DNA from: Patescibacteria group bacterium
GTDB lineage: Bacteria; Patescibacteriota; Minisyncoccia; UBA6257; JACRHW01
DNA length: 64,000 bases
Direction of reading: 5' to 3'
Assembly (NCBI GenBank): GCA_028865725.1
Contig: JAGWJP010000002.1
Location: 40,050 to 104,049, forward strand
A program made the translations under genes and the position numbers. Below are positions 61,256 through 64,000 of the stretch, one piece after another. Below the pieces are notes generated by a model. The model was not told the DNA's origin. It saw nothing but the letters and a program-made list of their open reading frames with translations, and made no database searches. Numbering within the stretch: the stretch's first letter is position 1; the number at the start of each line of letters is the position of its first letter.

Positions 61256-61870
61256 TTATTTCTTGCTTTTTTGATCGAATACCCATTTTATTATGGCAAC
61301 TATCCCCACGAAAGCAAAAATCCAAAGAATACCATTAAATAAGATTTCCAAAAATCCATACCCACTCCACCACCCAGGGTATCTATGGGTACCCTGCATC
61401 ATATTCCACCCCGATCCATATCCGCTCATCATTGGCATATACACAGGATGAGCGGAATAGTTTGACCAGCATCCTAAGTACGACCTGCCCATATTGACGT
61501 GTGCCGCGACGAGACTCGCCGAACCCTCCCCGCCCATCATAGTATCCATTGCTTCATGCCGTGCTTCATTCGGTACCATAACTCCCATATATGCATCACC
61601 CAACTTCTCAAATTGTGCATCAGTGACATTATTGCAACTGATGTCGGTACCGACATCAACGTGTTGCGCAGCATAAATATCCCGCAATGCATCCTGAACC
61701 TCTTTATTTTGTGCCACAAGTGAATAGCTAGACGTCGCGATGCTTCCCTTATATTCATAGGTACCCATCATACCCATTTGTGCCCCAGCAATGTTTGCGA
61801 GAAATACCATACCAATCACGAAAGTTCCTCCGATTATTGTTTTTGTGAGTTTCATAACTGCTTCGCTCAT
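61256..61870 (-). CDS. secreted Met/His-rich protein with C-terminal TM anchor (putative copper-binding)
   Basis: Signal peptide; M-rich motifs (MGMMGT, MDTMMGGEG, MPMMSGYGSGWNMMQG); C-terminal hydrophobic helix. Co-operonic with csoR and the Cu-ATPase. Confidence 0.5.
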   Translation of the reverse strand: MSEAVMKLTKTIIGGTFVIGMVFLANIAGAQMGMMGTYEYKGSIATSSYSLVAQNKEVQDALRDIYAAQHVDVGTDISCNNVTDAQFEKLGDAYMGVMVPNEARHEAMDTMMGGEGSASLVAAHVNMGRSYLGCWSNYSAHPVYMPMMSGYGSGWNMMQGTHRYPGWWSGYGFLEILFNGILWIFAFVGIVAIIKWVFDQKSKK

Positions 61871-62142
61871 TATTTGTTTGATAATGTATAAATAGCAATA
61901 AGTTCTTTTATGGCTTTTTCGTAATCCCCTTTATGCTGCATCTGAGATTTCACGTGTGTTCGCAAATGATTCTCCAAAAGAAACGTATCAAGACTTTTAA
62001 GCGAACGCTCAATAGAACGTGATTGTTCTAAAAGGGTTGGACAATATATCTCGCGCTCAATCGCATTCAAAAGCCCGTCTAATTGCCCTCGAATAATCTT
62101 GATTCTGTGGAGTGCCCGTTTTTTTAATTTTTGATCAACCAT
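61870..62142 (-). CDS. csoR: CsoR/RcnR-family metal-sensing transcriptional repressor
   Basis: 90 aa; RIKIIRGQLDGL...C...H...C pattern of DUF156/CsoR. Confidence 0.75.
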   Translation of the reverse strand: MVDQKLKKRALHRIKIIRGQLDGLLNAIEREIYCPTLLEQSRSIERSLKSLDTFLLENHLRTHVKSQMQHKGDYEKAIKELIAIYTLSNK

Positions 62143-62312
62143 ATACTATGTAAAATAAGTTCACGTCGACCTTACTTCTCCTATATACCCACTCCCCCTA
62201 TTTGTCAATCAGACCTCTATGTGGACAGATTCTCTTCCCAATACCCTCGCCCTAGGGTACACTAAGAGAGCAGAAAGTGTCGCAGGACATTACTAAATTA
62301 ACTCATATAATA

Positions 62313-63308
62313 ATGAAAAAATTAACATACTTCGCAGTGGCATGTAGCGCGGGAGCACTCTTACTTGCAAGCGCGATCGCGTTTGCTGAGAGTAGCAATG
62401 CTTCTTCGCACCGAAATACTCTCGCAGAAAATTCGTCAGTCGAGGTCCATTCTGTATCTCACGACAACAACAACGAAGATCAAAACACCGTAACAGCCTC
62501 CTCGCAGGAACAAAAAGATAACACCTCTGAGGATCAGCTTTCATCTCAAGAACGGCAGCAAAAAGAAAAGGAGTTACAAAAACAAGAATCGGAAACGCAA
62601 CAAAAACAGGCAGAACTGCAAAAACAAAACTCAGAAGATCAACAGCAAAAACAAGAAGAATTACAAAAAAAAGAATCTGAACGAAACAACGCGTTTGAAG
62701 AACGAGCACAAGAAGCGGCAGCGCACATAAAAGATGCTCAAAAGAAGGCAGAAGAAGAAAAAGCACAACACCATACTGATCTAGAAGATAGAATTTCTCA
62801 TATCACTGATTCTGCAAAACGCACTCTTGCAACACGCATTGCCGATCAATTTGATCATATTAACACCGTATGGACTGATCACTTCACGCTGGTGTTAAAC
62901 CGCTATGATGCAATCTTGCAAAAGATCCAAACACGTGCAGATATGGCTGCTGCTAATGGAAATGATGTAAGCGCAGTTACTACATTAATACAAAAAACAA
63001 CAACGGACCTCGCGACAGCACGCACTGCAGTAGAAGCCCAAGCAACAAAATCCTATACCGCTAAACTTGCATCAAGTACTTCAAACATAGAGGTATCCTC
63101 AAGTACTGAGAGTCATTTCGTACAAAACTTCCGCGATTCATTTAATACCCTTCACGAGAGTCTCCTGCATGACCTCTTCGCATTACGTGACGGGGCAGTA
63201 AGAACCGTACGCACCGATTTACAACGTGCAAACCAAGCACTTCAAACTATTCCTGGGGTCGACAATGATGTACAAGAAAGCTCCTCAACCGCATCCTCAA
63301 CACACTAA
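62313..63308 (+). CDS. secreted low-complexity protein (Q/E/K-rich coiled-coil)
   Basis: Signal peptide (MKKLTYFAVACSAGALLLASAIAFA), then a highly charged QQKQEELQK-type region. Confidence 0.45.
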   Translation: MKKLTYFAVACSAGALLLASAIAFAESSNASSHRNTLAENSSVEVHSVSHDNNNEDQNTVTASSQEQKDNTSEDQLSSQERQQKEKELQKQESETQQKQAELQKQNSEDQQQKQEELQKKESERNNAFEERAQEAAAHIKDAQKKAEEEKAQHHTDLEDRISHITDSAKRTLATRIADQFDHINTVWTDHFTLVLNRYDAILQKIQTRADMAAANGNDVSAVTTLIQKTTTDLATARTAVEAQATKSYTAKLASSTSNIEVSSSTESHFVQNFRDSFNTLHESLLHDLFALRDGAVRTVRTDLQRANQALQTIPGVDNDVQESSSTASSTH

Positions 63309-63328
63309 TAACCCGCCACTTCATATAT

Positions 63329-63595
63329 ATGGATACTCAAAAAACAACACAATCAAAGCGGAATACTTCAAATGTGATTGCGATTCTCGGCATAATCCTC
63401 ATTCTTGTCGGAATCTGGTATGCCTATGCGCATCGCGCCACTCGTTCTCCTTCCGCAAGCCCTGTCGATGTGGGCACAGCACTTACCCCGGGCAACACTA
63501 CCACCGATATACAGAATGACTTAAACACAACACCTAGCCCCGATGTCCCGAATGCGGAACTTAATAAACTCAATAGTAATCTCCGCGCATTCTAA
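63329..63595 (+). CDS. hypothetical small membrane-anchored protein
   Basis: 88 aa; one TM helix (VIAILGIILILVGIWYAYA) then a Thr/Pro-rich tail. Followed by a strong terminator. Confidence 0.35.
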   Translation: MDTQKTTQSKRNTSNVIAILGIILILVGIWYAYAHRATRSPSASPVDVGTALTPGNTTTDIQNDLNTTPSPDVPNAELNKLNSNLRAF

Positions 63596-63600
63596 GCCTA

Positions 63601-63630
63601 AAACCCGAGCACGAATGCTCGGGTTTTTTA
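63601..63630. terminator. Rho-independent terminator (probably bidirectional)
   Basis: aacccgagc-acgaatg-ctcgggtt followed by ttttt; A-run on the other side. Confidence 0.65.
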
Positions 63631-63649
63631 TATCCTCTGCACACGACTT

Positions 63650-64000
63650 TCATTTTTTAAGTCTAAAACTTTGAAACGCGCGCAAAGGGATCAGCACGCA
63701 TTCCTCTCGCACGCCCTCCACAGGAAATCCTAGCAGTTTCAACAGTCTCTCCCGATTCCATTCCTTTAATTCGGCTACCGGCTTGCCTATACATTTTTTT
63801 GCAAGAAGAGAAGACGCAAGGCGTGAAAGAAAACATCCATACCCATCAAATCCGATATCCTTTACCTCTCCCTCCTCTATTAAAAAATAGAACGTAAGCC
63901 CGTCGCCGCACATGTCATTCATACGAGAAATCTTCCGTGTCGGAGCAGAAAGCACATGTTCGTGAGGCAACTTATTTAGCTTATACTTCGAAAGATATTG
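63650..64000 (-). CDS. IscU/SufU/NifU-like Fe-S cluster scaffold protein, 5' end outside window
   Basis: CGD...GYGC...ASS...C cysteine pattern of U-type scaffolds (MCGDGL, GFDGYGCFLSRLASS). ORF remains open to the window edge. Confidence 0.55.
   Translation of the reverse strand, partial: QYLSKYKLNKLPHEHVLSAPTRKISRMNDMCGDGLTFYFLIEEGEVKDIGFDGYGCFLSRLASSLLAKKCIGKPVAELKEWNRERLLKLLGFPVEGVREECVLIPLRAFQSFRLKK

Overview
This 64 kb window looks like a chromosomal segment of a low-GC bacterium (roughly 45% GC by eye), with most genes on the minus strand. Several features suggest a small-genome Candidate Phyla Radiation (Patescibacteria) type organism, though this is inference from gene content only: transketolase split into two subunits, an F-type ATP synthase operon with no delta subunit gene and a truncated epsilon, many nucleotide-salvage-type genes (LOG, SLOG, nucleoside deoxyribosyltransferase-like, HD, PRTase-like, cytidine deaminase), an O-antigen-ligase/TPR fusion, and several giant secreted repeat proteins with peptidoglycan-binding domains. 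Recognisable content: rpmE and prfA; a glycolysis/pentose-phosphate cluster (fba, pfkB-family kinase, split tkt, rpe, rpiB, gap); a thiol-redox cluster (trxB, NrdH/YruB-like glutaredoxin, DsbA-like); clpB, htrA, htpX and lemA; the F-type ATP synthase operon (atpI-like, B, E, F, A, G, D, C); a membrane pyrophosphatase (hppA); a copper-homeostasis operon (csoR, Met-rich protein, small membrane protein, CPH-type P1B ATPase); and three tRNAs (Ala-TGC, Glu-TTC, Ser-TGA). The most notable structures are: (1) a ~6.5 kb segment bounded by a 19/20 bp direct repeat, one copy of which overlaps the 3' end of tRNA-Ala, carrying an AT-rich orphan ORF and a ~1900-aa repeat adhesin-like gene that is broken by a 2-nt frameshift; (2) a ~650 bp GC-rich (~60-65%) insertion between pfkB and tkt; (3) a cluster of nucleotide-centric genes (HD, PRTase-like, SLOG, YerC, tautomerase-like, LOG) whose combined function is unclear; and (4) tRNA-fragment duplications at the tRNA-Glu/tRNA-Ser locus. 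No CRISPR array, rRNA or integrase/transposase gene was recognised. Start codons are approximate because the ORF track translates ATG, GTG and TTG starts alike.
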